Shown: one piece after another, positions 20,436 to 29,305 of the stretch
How the letters are laid out: each line of letters opens with the position of its first letter
Numbering within the stretch: the first letter of the stretch is position 1
Origin: Candidatus Scalindua sp.
GTDB taxonomy: Bacteria > Planctomycetota > Brocadiia > Brocadiales > Scalinduaceae
Assembly (NCBI GenBank): GCA_031316235.1
Contig: JALDRA010000001.1
Span: forward strand, 1,650,001-1,682,000
Reading direction: 5' to 3'
Length of the DNA stretch: 32,000 nt
Position numbers and translations under genes: made by a program
The notes under the pieces: generated by a model
Told to the model about the DNA's origin: nothing
Databases searched by the model: none
What the model saw: the letters and a program-made list of their open reading frames with translations, nothing else

Positions 20436-20549
20436 ATATACTCATCTCATACTGGATTTCGGATAAAATCCGAGATAAAATTGAGCGAGTATACCTTCAC
20501 CAGGATTTGGTTTCCGGTAAAACCGAAAACCAAATCGGTTTTAGTATAT
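20436..20549 (+). repeat. Modular hairpin repeat, type copy (modules A+B)
   Basis: The sequence is ATATACTCATCTCATACTGGATTTCGGATAAAATCCGAGATAAAATTGAGCGAGTATACCTTCACCAGGATTTGGTTTCCGGTAAAACCGAAAACCAAATCGGTTTTAGTATAT. Its ends are inverted (ATATACTCA / TTAGTATAT). Confidence 0.9.
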
Positions 20550-20642
20550 CAAGGGACACACTCCAGAGAGTTCAAAAGAGTTTTGAAGTAATGCAGAAAG
20601 CATATCAAAGTACATTATTATTCATTTCACGACTGAGTTATT

Positions 20643-21425
20643 ATGAACAAAAAAGAAGCTATTCAGGAACACAGTTTACAAAAACTCTCCGACAAAGACC
20701 TCCTTTTTCTCATAGAGAGTTACGTAACAAAACGGGATGACTATGAAAATATTGCCAACTTGATCAGGGGAGATCAAGACATTATCGGACAGATGATTGA
20801 TAATGACAGGATCTTCAATAAGGTAATGAATTGTACAAGTCAAATTCTGGGTATCTCTCCTTTTTTCATGTTTTCGCTATTTCTACGAAGATCATTCAGA
20901 GAGAAAATTTCCGATCCTGAATTTGTTGATCAGGCTATAGCTATCTTAAATAGTGACGACATTGTTATTCCCTGGAATAAGGAGAAACTGATCAGCCTGC
21001 TTGAAGACATGCAGGTTTCCAACTATATTGCAAATATGCTGGTAAAATTTTCCGAAAGTTCACAATTATTTAAAATAAGAGAGGGAGAAAATGAATCATA
21101 TCAATATATTGTAGACATGATTACAGACTCTCTGAAATCGGATACTATGAAAAAATTCTCCATTTACTGCCATATAGGAAACTATACCCTCTTTTTAACA
21201 GGAATGTTTTCAGAATATATCAAGTATAGATTTGAATACCGGCGCAGGCTTGTAGACAGGCAATATTACATAGATTTTGGAAAGGCATATTATGAATTGG
21301 CCTCTAAACATGCCAGTGCAAAAAAAAACAATCTGAGCAATACATTTTTGCAATTATCAAGGGGTTTTGAGATTTTTGCACAGGTTTTACATTTTATGAA
21401 CAGAAAGTATCTTTTCCCTAAATAG
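20643..21425 (+). CDS. Hypothetical protein (260 aa, no recognised domain)
   Basis: A long ATG-initiated ORF with protein-like composition, but I could recognise no motif. Confidence 0.55.
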   Translation: MNKKEAIQEHSLQKLSDKDLLFLIESYVTKRDDYENIANLIRGDQDIIGQMIDNDRIFNKVMNCTSQILGISPFFMFSLFLRRSFREKISDPEFVDQAIAILNSDDIVIPWNKEKLISLLEDMQVSNYIANMLVKFSESSQLFKIREGENESYQYIVDMITDSLKSDTMKKFSIYCHIGNYTLFLTGMFSEYIKYRFEYRRRLVDRQYYIDFGKAYYELASKHASAKKNNLSNTFLQLSRGFEIFAQVLHFMNRKYLFPK

Positions 21426-21538
21426 TGCTTGAACGGCAGAATGACCTGCCCTTCAAAGATAAAGCATGTCCTATCAAGAAAAAATTCATCTCATTCCTGA
21501 GTTTTAAGGCGCTTGCAAGAACGTAACTTCCCGTCTAT

Positions 21539-21587
21539 CAAACTCATCTCATAATAGTTTTCGGATAAAATCCGAGAAAAACCGGAG
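21539..21587 (+). repeat. Modular hairpin repeat, degenerate partial module A
   Basis: The sequence CAAACTCATCTCATAATAGTTTTCGGATAAAATCCGAGAAAAACCGGAG retains the central TCGGAT-AAA-ATCCGA hairpin. Confidence 0.7.
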
Positions 21588-21907
21588 TCTGTTCGTTTTC
21601 CACTATATGCAAAACTGACTTATACCGAAGGCCAGAGGGAGCTTTCCAATAAAGGCGAACAAAAAATGGGCAACCCTGAACGATGAACTCTGCACCTGTG
21701 AACGATTGCACAAATTGTCTATATTCTAAACAATTCCACCTGTTTTCCCTGAGCCTTCCCACCATCGACATGTTCCTGTTATCCTGTATGTAATATATCT
21801 GACGAAAAGCTCAGAGAACATTTTTCCGAGAAATGCAGTCTTCAAGAAAGTAATAGGGCAACTGGTGAAAGTACACCGGTGAAAATAGCACTATTTACCA
21901 TACTATC

Positions 21908-21923
21908 CGGCACTCAAAATGCT
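21908..21923 (+). promoter_or_regulatory. Sigma54-like promoter box cGGCAC-N5-aTGCt (GG-N10-GC)
   Basis: The sequence CGGCACtcaaaATGCT has GG at 21909-10 and GC at 21921-22. It lies immediately 5' of repeat copy 21928-21998 and 125 nt upstream of ATG 22048. Confidence 0.35.
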
Positions 21924-21927
21924 GGAG

Positions 21928-21998
21928 TATACTCATCTCATAATGGTTTTCGGATAAAATCCGAGATAAAATTGAGCGAGTATACCTTCACCATGATT
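21928..21998 (+). repeat. Modular hairpin repeat, module A plus first ~15 nt of B
   Basis: The sequence is TATACTCATCTCATAATGGTTTTCGGATAAAATCCGAGATAAAATTGAGCGAGTATACCTTCACCATGATT. It ends about 49 nt upstream of ATG 22048. Confidence 0.85.
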
Positions 21999-22047
21999 AT
22001 GAATAGGTAAAATTCCTTTCGGAACTTTTTATAAAGTGGGATAGCAA

Positions 22048-25000
22048 ATGGGAAAATCCAACAAATTAAATACCTCTTTCATTAAAATCACCATCGCAAA
22101 CAAGCTCCTGGTCTGGTTTTTTTTAGCGACATTATTTCCTCTCGTTATTGTCGGTACCGTATCCTATCACAACTACACAACAATACTGAAAAAGGAGGTG
22201 GAAAACAATCTGCTCATGCTTGTTGAGAATAAGGCCTTTCAGATTGAAACCTATGTAAAAGAGCGGAAGCGGGATCTTGTTTCCCTCTCACAGACTCCAA
22301 CCATTATCAAGGCACTGGAGAAATTCAATACCATTTACAGTAAGCAAGGTATAAATTCTCTGGAATATATGACCGCCGATAAAGAATTCAGGACCTTCCT
22401 GACCCACTTCAAGGAGACGTCTGAATATTATGATCTTTTCCTTATTTCTCCCTCTGGTGAAGTTGTTTTTACGGTAATTCACGAAGAAGATTTTGGATCA
22501 AACCTGGAAACGGGACATTATAAAGGATCTGAGCTGGCCAAAGTCTTCGCACGTGCACAAACTCTGTCTGAATCAGAAATTTCTGATTCCAAGTATTACG
22601 CAGCATCCGGTGACGGTGCAACATTCCTGGCCCTGCCAGTTCTTAACCGTGGAGTGTTCCTGGGAGTCGTCGCAATCCAGATGAGTTCGGATGAAATCTA
22701 TAAGCTGCTACAAAACAACACTGGCCTGGGAAATACCGGAGAAACCGTTCTCGCATCAAGATTTGATGATTACACATTATTGTTAACTACTCAGAGAAGA
22801 GATTCAGAAGAATTAATTATCAGAAAAGTTTCTCTGGAGTCTGACATGGCATTGCCGGTAAATAAAGCCATGCAGGGGGGAAATGGAATTGATGTTTACG
22901 TTGATTACCGAGGAAAAAAGGTACTGGCTGCATGGAGATATATACCCCATTTAAGATGGGGTATGGTGGTAAAAATTGATACAAAAGAGGCATTCTCCTC
23001 AATTTACCATCTCACATGGTGGTATTCGGTCTTGGGATGTGTTACTTTACCAGGAGTCATTTTTATCGCCTTACTTGTATCCAGGTCAATTTCTCGTCCG
23101 ATTAGTAAATTGACGAGAACTACGGAATTAATGGCTGATGGAGACTTGACCGTAAGGGCAGAGATAGAAAAAAGAGACGAAATTGGCAATCTTGCAAATA
23201 CTTTTAACGATATGATAGGTAAACTTGTGGAAGCCAGAGAGGGTGCCGAAAGACACAACCGGGCGCAAATGGGACAGACATTGTTAAACGTGAAGATGAG
23301 GGGTGAAAAGGATGTGGGAACGTTAGGAACTAATATTATCAGCTATCTGACTGAATTTCTCGAAGCACAGATTGGTGCAATATATATCATGAACAGTAAC
23401 AATCGATTAAAGATGATTGGTAGTTATGCTTATGAAAAGCGGAAAAACCTATCAAATGAATTTTTACCCGGTGAGGGTATTGTAGGTCAGGCAGCCCTGG
23501 AAAAGAGATATCTCCTTATTACCAATTGCCCGGAGGATTATATCAGCATTCATTCCAGCCTTGGAAAATCCGCCCCAAATAATATCCTGGTATATCCGCT
23601 TCAAATTGATAATGAGGTAAAAGGTGTAATTGAACTGGGAACATTACACGAATTTTCTGAAACAGACTTGCATTTTCTTGCACAGGTTCAAGAGGGAATT
23701 GCTATTGCTCTGAATTCTGTCTCTACTCTGGAACAACTGAGCTCTTTGCTCGAACAGACCCAGCTGCAGTCTGAAGAGATCCAGGCCAGGGAAGAGGAGC
23801 TGCGCAGCTACAATGAAGAACTGGAAAACCATACGAAGGCATTGCAGAAGTCTGAGGAGAGATTACAATCCCAGAAGAGAGAACTTCGGGCCTCCAATGA
23901 AGAGCTTGAGAAACAAAAATTGAACGCGGAAAAGAAGAATGAAGAGTTGGAAATTGCCCAGAGACTTATCGAAGAAAAGGCCAGGGATCTGGAGTTAAGC
24001 AGCAGGTATAAATCGGAATTCCTTGCTAACATGTCCCATGAACTCCGTACCCCTTTGAATAGCATACTCCTCTTATCCAGACTCCTTTCAGACAATAAAG
24101 ACCATGTCCTGACAGAAGATTATGTTGAATCTGCACGTTCCATTTATTCCTCCGGTTCAGAACTCCTGGAACTGATCAATGAAATACTTGATCTTTCCAA
24201 GGTTGAGGCAGGCAAGATGGAAATCAATATAGGGGATATGTATCTGCAGGATTTCTGCAATACAATGGAACGGGGATTCAAACCTCTTGCCAAGGAGAAA
24301 GGTTTATCCTTTAAAGTAAAAACCGGAGAAGGGCTGCCGCCCTCTATCCGAACAGATCGACAGCGAGTAGAACAGATAATTAAGAACTTTCTCTCAAATG
24401 CATTCAAGTTCACGAAAAATGGAAGTGTTACCCTACACATTTGCCGACCGGTAAAAGATCAAACAGAATGTACTCCTGAAAAGAGTGTAGTATTTTCCAT
24501 TATCGACACGGGAATGGGTATTCCAAAGGAAAAACAGAAATTGATATTTGAAGCATTTCAACAGGTAGACGGTACAATAAGTAGGAAATTTGGTGGCACA
24601 GGTCTTGGTCTTTCTATCTCAAAAGAGCTTGCAACTCTGCTCGGAGGAACAATTTATATGGAGAGCTTTGAGGGGAAGGGGAGTAGGTTTTCACTCCATC
24701 TGCCTGAAAAGAGGCTTTTGAAGGAGAAAATTTCTACTCCTCATCTCCCGGCAGGACATGAATTAAACAGACACACCAATAAACCTGATGAATGCCAGCC
24801 TTTCCAGTCGGAACCGGCAAACAATAAACAGGAGACTCTTGAAAAAATCAAGGATGACAGGTCAGAAATCTCTCCCAATGATAAATCAATTCTTATTATT
24901 GAGGATGACCCTAAATTTTTAAGAATCCTCAGTGATATCTCCCATGAACGGGGGTTTAAGTGTCTGGTTGCAGAAGATGGTAAAACAGGACTCCAATTAG

Positions 25001-26049
25001 CTGATTATTACAAACCAAGCGCCATAATACTTGATATTTTACTTCCCGATATCAGTGGTTTGACGGTAATGACCAGGCTGAAGGAGAATTTCTCTACACG
25101 CCATATTCCTGTTCACATCGTATCAGCGACCGACAATAAATCAGATGCCAGGAAAATGGGCGCTGTAAATTATTTAGAAAAACCTGTCAGCAAGGAAGAG
25201 CTCAGCCAGGTGTTTAATCAACTGAACAAGATAATTTCAAAAGACATTAAAGAGCTTCTTATTGTAGAGCATGACAGAAGTCAGGCAAAAGCTCTCATAC
25301 AATGTATTGGCGAAGAAGACGTGCACATAACGGTTGCTTCTACCGCTGCGGAAGCTTATGACCACGTTTTAACCGGAAATTTTGAATGTATTATCTTAGA
25401 TCTTCAACTTCCTGATACTTCCGGCGTTGCACTGTTAAGAAAAATCAGAACAAATGAAGATATCTGTTATCTTCCCATTATTGTTTACACGGGTAAGGAT
25501 ATTACGAAAGAAGAGAAAATCATAATAGACCAGTATGCAGAATCGATCATTGTCAAGGGTGTCGATTCTGATCGGAGACTCCTGGATGAGACGACACTTT
25601 TTCTTCACCGAGTAGAGGCAAACCTTCCAAAAGAGAAGCAGGAAGTTCTCAGGATGTTGCATGACAAGGAGGAGATCCTTTCGAATAAAAAAATTTTGGT
25701 GGTGGATGATGATATGCGAAATGTTTTTTCACTGAAAAAGGTGCTTGAAAGCAGGGGGATGCAGATACTGATAGGAAAAAACGGTAGAGAAGCGCTGGAA
25801 TACCTCGACAGGAACCCCGATATTGATTTGATACTTATGGATATCATGATGCCTGAGATGGACGGATATGAAGCCACGAGAAACATCCGGAAACAGCCGC
25901 GTTTTAAGGATCTCCCTGTAATTGCATTGACCGCAAATGCAATGAAGGGAGACCGGATTAAGTGTGTTGAAGCTGGTGCCTGCGATTACCTGGCAAAACC
26001 CATCGATATGGACAGACTGTTTTCAATGTTGAGAGTATGGTTGTATTGA
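22048..26049 (+). CDS. Hybrid sensor histidine kinase: TM-Cache-TM-HAMP-GAF-coiled coil-HisKA-HATPase-REC-REC-REC
   Basis: Two TM helices flank a Cache-like periplasmic region (YYDLFLISPSGEVVFT...). It has HAMP (RPISKLTRTTELMADGDLTVRAEIEKRDEIGNLANTFNDM), GAF (IGAIYIMNS...GEGIVGQAAL...VKGVIELGT) and a NEEL-type coiled coil (EELRSYNEELENH...ASNEELEKQ). It also has the H-box FLANMSHELRTPLNSI, the G-boxes DTGMGI and GTGLGLSI, and three receivers (IIEDD..ILDILLPD; IVEHD..ILDLQLPD; VVDDD..LMDIMMPEMDG..LAKP). Confidence 0.92.
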   Translation: MGKSNKLNTSFIKITIANKLLVWFFLATLFPLVIVGTVSYHNYTTILKKEVENNLLMLVENKAFQIETYVKERKRDLVSLSQTPTIIKALEKFNTIYSKQGINSLEYMTADKEFRTFLTHFKETSEYYDLFLISPSGEVVFTVIHEEDFGSNLETGHYKGSELAKVFARAQTLSESEISDSKYYAASGDGATFLALPVLNRGVFLGVVAIQMSSDEIYKLLQNNTGLGNTGETVLASRFDDYTLLLTTQRRDSEELIIRKVSLESDMALPVNKAMQGGNGIDVYVDYRGKKVLAAWRYIPHLRWGMVVKIDTKEAFSSIYHLTWWYSVLGCVTLPGVIFIALLVSRSISRPISKLTRTTELMADGDLTVRAEIEKRDEIGNLANTFNDMIGKLVEAREGAERHNRAQMGQTLLNVKMRGEKDVGTLGTNIISYLTEFLEAQIGAIYIMNSNNRLKMIGSYAYEKRKNLSNEFLPGEGIVGQAALEKRYLLITNCPEDYISIHSSLGKSAPNNILVYPLQIDNEVKGVIELGTLHEFSETDLHFLAQVQEGIAIALNSVSTLEQLSSLLEQTQLQSEEIQAREEELRSYNEELENHTKALQKSEERLQSQKRELRASNEELEKQKLNAEKKNEELEIAQRLIEEKARDLELSSRYKSEFLANMSHELRTPLNSILLLSRLLSDNKDHVLTEDYVESARSIYSSGSELLELINEILDLSKVEAGKMEINIGDMYLQDFCNTMERGFKPLAKEKGLSFKVKTGEGLPPSIRTDRQRVEQIIKNFLSNAFKFTKNGSVTLHICRPVKDQTECTPEKSVVFSIIDTGMGIPKEKQKLIFEAFQQVDGTISRKFGGTGLGLSISKELATLLGGTIYMESFEGKGSRFSLHLPEKRLLKEKISTPHLPAGHELNRHTNKPDECQPFQSEPANNKQETLEKIKDDRSEISPNDKSILIIEDDPKFLRILSDISHERGFKCLVAEDGKTGLQLADYYKPSAIILDILLPDISGLTVMTRLKENFSTRHIPVHIVSATDNKSDARKMGAVNYLEKPVSKEELSQVFNQLNKIISKDIKELLIVEHDRSQAKALIQCIGEEDVHITVASTAAEAYDHVLTGNFECIILDLQLPDTSGVALLRKIRTNEDICYLPIIVYTGKDITKEEKIIIDQYAESIIVKGVDSDRRLLDETTLFLHRVEANLPKEKQEVLRMLHDKEEILSNKKILVVDDDMRNVFSLKKVLESRGMQILIGKNGREALEYLDRNPDIDLILMDIMMPEMDGYEATRNIRKQPRFKDLPVIALTANAMKGDRIKCVEAGACDYLAKPIDMDRLFSMLRVWLY

Positions 26050-26155
26050 TTAACTATTGAGGATTTGTTAGCGAGATCATAAGTTCAGAGTTGGAATATC
26101 TGTCTCAGGAACCTGCTCTCCCTTGTCTTATTATTTCTACAGGGGAATCTGATAG

Positions 26156-26297
26156 ATATACTCATCTCATACTGGATTTCGGATAAAATCCGGGAAAAAA
26201 ATGGAGCGAGAAAAGTCCTCGGCACCTTTTGTCCGGGGATACCTTCACCAAGATTTGGTTTCCGGTAAAACCGAAAACCAAATCGGTTTTAGTATAC
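26156..26297 (+). repeat. Modular hairpin repeat, full copy (modules A+C+B)
   Basis: It matches the type copy with an extra 28-nt GC-rich module C (26211-26238, AAAAGTCCTCGGCACCTTTTGTCCGGGG). It ends 27 nt upstream of ATG 26325. Confidence 0.9.
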
Positions 26298-26324
26298 TTT
26301 CGTAACTTTATTCATAGACAAATC

Positions 26325-28256
26325 ATGAGCAGAGAGAATGATATCGTATCTCATAAAAACTCACAACAAAAATTGATGTATCTTTTCGTAGGGATGCTGT
26401 CCGTTTTTATAGTTTTTCTCATTGCTTCTTACCTTGTCTCTTCAAAAGCTCTTAAATCCAAAGAACATGATAGTGTATTATTAAATGTTGCCGGTCGGCA
26501 AAGAATGTTGTTACAAAAATATACGAAAGAATTTATCAATGGATTAATTCCCATCCAGGTTCGTAACAGCACACTTAAGACAGCGGAGATAGCAGCAATT
26601 CAAATATCTGAGTATCGGAAAGCATACACCAAAAATGTTGTTGAAAAATTAAAAAGTGAAGCTCCAGATATACACCCGAACATGAATTACACAGCTATAA
26701 AAGGAGGAACCCCTCACCCGGCAACTTTCACAAAAGAGGCATCAGGTACCACAGGCAAGAAAGCTGATTTCAGACATGAGATTCTAAGCAAGTGGAACAT
26801 AAACAAAGAGAAAGGATTAAGAACAGCCTTTGAGAAAGAGGCATTCGATTATTTATGTGCAAATCCGACAGCATCTTTCTCCCGTTTTATGATGGTTGAT
26901 GGCATCTATACGCTACGTTACGCAACCCCTGATTCAGCAGTTTCTGATGAATGTGTACATTGTCATAACTCCCATGAAGAGAGTCCGAAAAATGATTTTA
27001 AGCCTGGAGACATGATGGGGATACTTGTGGTCAGCATTCCCATAGGAACGTTCAGCAGGCAGGCAGAGGCATTCTTTGAAAGTTCAAGTGATGGGACAAT
27101 CGGTTCTGATAACCTTTCCAGGACAAAGCAGGTTTTTGAGATGACACTTGATGCACTTATCAACGGTGGTAAGGTACCAGTGGATACGAACATGACGACC
27201 TTTGCTTCAATAGCCCCATCAACCAGCATTGAGATAACAAGTAAATTGAAAATGATCGAACAGCAGTGGGTCAGGATACAGGAGGATTTCAAGAACCTTC
27301 TAATTGTTGAACCAAATTCAACTGAGTATGCCGACGCTTATACACGTGCTTATAACAATACTACCGGTACCGTGGATACAATGGACGCAGTTGTTCATTT
27401 GATGCAGAAGGGTAGTCAGCAGAGACTTTATAAAGTAAAGGCCTTACAAACTTTTCATTTTGTGGGAGTCTTGTTCTGCTTGATTATCGTGTCTGTTTAT
27501 CTGAAGATAATCCGCCCTCTTGAATTACACAGGGAAACCCTTGAAATACAAAAAGAAGGATTGAGATCGCTCAATCTTGAACTCTCAAAAGCTCTCGATC
27601 GAGATAAACGACAAAACTGGTTAAGGATTGGCCTGGCAGGCTTAAACGATCGGATGCGTGGAGCAGAAGATACAACCTCTCTCAGCCAAGACATAATCGG
27701 CTACCTTGCAGGATACCTCAATGTTCAGGTAGGTACAATCTATCTGGCAGAAGACAACTACTCGTTGTGCCTGTCAGGAAGTTACGCCATCAAAAACTTT
27801 GATTCACTCCCCAAAGAGATCTATTTTGGAGAGGGTTTGATTGGACAGGTTGCCTTAAAGAAAAAGATTCAAATAATTACCAACATACCTCAGGGCTACC
27901 GTGAAATCAATTCAGGGCTAGCAATACTTTCACCCAGAAACCTTTTGATTGTTCCGTTTTTATATGAAAATTGCGTTAAGGGTGTAATCGAATTTGGTTC
28001 GGTCCATGAATTTACCAATAAACACCTCGACTTTATGAATCAGGTTGCAGACAGTATTGCAATTGCCATTAATACCGTTCAATCTCGCCAATGCCTGAAA
28101 GACCTGTTAGAGGAAACCCAGGCACAGGCAGAAAAACTTCAGGCTGGAAATGAAGAGTTGATAAACGTGAATCAAGAACTGGAGAGACATTCGAATACAC
28201 AGCAAATGACCGGAACAGATTCATGGAAACTCTTGAAAGGCACGTATGATGAATGA
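26325..28256 (+). CDS. Transmitter-less periplasmic sensor: TM - PilJ/NarX-like helical region with inserted heme-c (CxxCH, DUF3365/Tll0287-like) domain - TM - GAF - truncated coiled coil
   Basis: I prefer ATG 26325 (MSRENDIV...) because the track start 26229 lies inside repeat copy 26156-26297. It has the AGRQRMLLQKYTKEF signature and CVHCH at 26952-26966 in the context RYATPDSAVSDECVHCHNSHEESPKNDFKPGDMMGILVVSIP. It has a second TM helix (FHFVGVLFCLIIVSVYL) and a GAF domain paralogous to that of the 1333-aa kinase. It ends at ...QAEKLQAGNEELINVNQELERH... with no HisKA, MCP, GGDEF or other output domain. Confidence 0.8.
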   Translation: MSRENDIVSHKNSQQKLMYLFVGMLSVFIVFLIASYLVSSKALKSKEHDSVLLNVAGRQRMLLQKYTKEFINGLIPIQVRNSTLKTAEIAAIQISEYRKAYTKNVVEKLKSEAPDIHPNMNYTAIKGGTPHPATFTKEASGTTGKKADFRHEILSKWNINKEKGLRTAFEKEAFDYLCANPTASFSRFMMVDGIYTLRYATPDSAVSDECVHCHNSHEESPKNDFKPGDMMGILVVSIPIGTFSRQAEAFFESSSDGTIGSDNLSRTKQVFEMTLDALINGGKVPVDTNMTTFASIAPSTSIEITSKLKMIEQQWVRIQEDFKNLLIVEPNSTEYADAYTRAYNNTTGTVDTMDAVVHLMQKGSQQRLYKVKALQTFHFVGVLFCLIIVSVYLKIIRPLELHRETLEIQKEGLRSLNLELSKALDRDKRQNWLRIGLAGLNDRMRGAEDTTSLSQDIIGYLAGYLNVQVGTIYLAEDNYSLCLSGSYAIKNFDSLPKEIYFGEGLIGQVALKKKIQIITNIPQGYREINSGLAILSPRNLLIVPFLYENCVKGVIEFGSVHEFTNKHLDFMNQVADSIAIAINTVQSRQCLKDLLEETQAQAEKLQAGNEELINVNQELERHSNTQQMTGTDSWKLLKGTYDE

Positions 28257-29121
28257 GCTGAGCAATGACGAAAAAATAGAATGCGACCACTTATTACAGG
28301 CAATATTTTTGAAATATGGATATGATTTTAGAAATTATTCAAAATCCTCTATGAGAAGACACATATACAACAGGCTTTCCAGGTATAATTTAAAAACATT
28401 TTCAGAAATGCAGAATACAGTACTCCATGACAAACAATTCTTTGAAAAATTACTCATGGACATGACTATAAATGTAACGGAAATGTTCCGGGACCCTAAC
28501 TTTTTCAAAATGTTCAGGAAATGTGTTATCCCTGACCTGAAAAAAAAACCTTTTGTAAAAATCTGGCATGCAGGTTGTTCCAGTGGAGAGGAAGTCTATT
28601 CCATGGCAATTCTTTTGCGGGAAGAAGGTTTCAGGAATTTTAGAGTCTATGCATCCGACATGAATGAGGCTGTCATTCATAAAGCGAAAAAAGGTGTCTT
28701 TCCCATTGCCAAAATGAAAGGTTATACCCGGAATTACAGAGAGGCAGGAGGGCACGCATCCTTTGCCGATTACTATACTGCTCGATACGACTTCGCTATT
28801 GTGGATAGTACTCTCAGAAAAAATATTACCTTCTTTCATCATAACCTGGTGAACGGGGAAATTTTTGGTGAAATGGATTTGATAGTCTGCAGGAATGTAC
28901 TCATTTACCTTGACAAAAATTTACAAAATCGTGTCTTCAACCTCTTTTTTGAGAGTTTGAGTCCCGGAGGTTACTTATGCATCGGCTCAAAAGAAACCGT
29001 TCGGTTTTCCACCTGTTCTGACAGATTCGCAGATGTAGTACGTGAGGAAAAAATATATAGAAAAAATGATTTCTCTTCAATCCATTTGAATAGTGAGCTG
29101 CTTCTACCAGTCAAAACCTAA
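28246..29121 (+). CDS. cheR: CheR-type protein-glutamate O-methyltransferase (orphan)
   Basis: It has an N-terminal helical CheR domain (LLQAIFLKYGYDFRNYSKSSMRRHI) and the SAM-binding signature FRDPNFF...KIWHAGCSSGEEVYSMAILL...VCRNVLIYL. Its start ATGATGAATGA overlaps the stop of the upstream sensor by 11 nt. Confidence 0.88.
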   Translation: MMNELSNDEKIECDHLLQAIFLKYGYDFRNYSKSSMRRHIYNRLSRYNLKTFSEMQNTVLHDKQFFEKLLMDMTINVTEMFRDPNFFKMFRKCVIPDLKKKPFVKIWHAGCSSGEEVYSMAILLREEGFRNFRVYASDMNEAVIHKAKKGVFPIAKMKGYTRNYREAGGHASFADYYTARYDFAIVDSTLRKNITFFHHNLVNGEIFGEMDLIVCRNVLIYLDKNLQNRVFNLFFESLSPGGYLCIGSKETVRFSTCSDRFADVVREEKIYRKNDFSSIHLNSELLLPVKT

Positions 29122-29305
29122 ACCAGAAATACTCTTTCCCTTCTCATTTTTCAGACTTTTTGTCTGCCAGAAATCCTTCTATAAAAAACTTTTACTCTAC
29201 ACGTTGTTAATGAATTCCGACTCACAATCAGAATAGCCCTTTGTTTGCAGGCAGCCTGTATTGAGCAAAACCCTTACTTTGTTTTGTACAAAAATCATCA
29301 TTAAT

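Noticed and set aside
20436-20549. Interpreting the repeat as a c-di-GMP riboswitch because it precedes PilZ and signalling genes.
   Set aside because: I see none of the features I recall for GEMM-I/II riboswitches, such as GNRA tetraloop-receptor architecture or conserved G/C-rich cores. The element is AT-rich, modular and of variable length, which fits a repeat element better. Only a covariance-model search could settle this.
21544-21771. A 75-aa minus-strand ORF between gene 20643 and the hybrid kinase. The similar 61-aa ORF at 14230..14415 is treated the same way.
   Set aside because: Both ORFs run into repeat copies, which form their 3' end and 5' end respectively. Neither has an RBS or protein-like motifs, so they are most likely chance ORFs in AT-rich intergenic DNA.
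26229-26324. N-terminal extension of the sensor ORF, with the track start at 26229.
   Set aside because: The extension is encoded by repeat copy 26156-26297. ATG 26325 gives a sensible cytoplasmic N-terminus followed by TM1.
29152-29166. A possible intrinsic terminator after cheR (CAGAC-TTTTT-GTCTG).
   Set aside because: The stem is only 5 bp and there is no downstream T-run. That is too weak to annotate.
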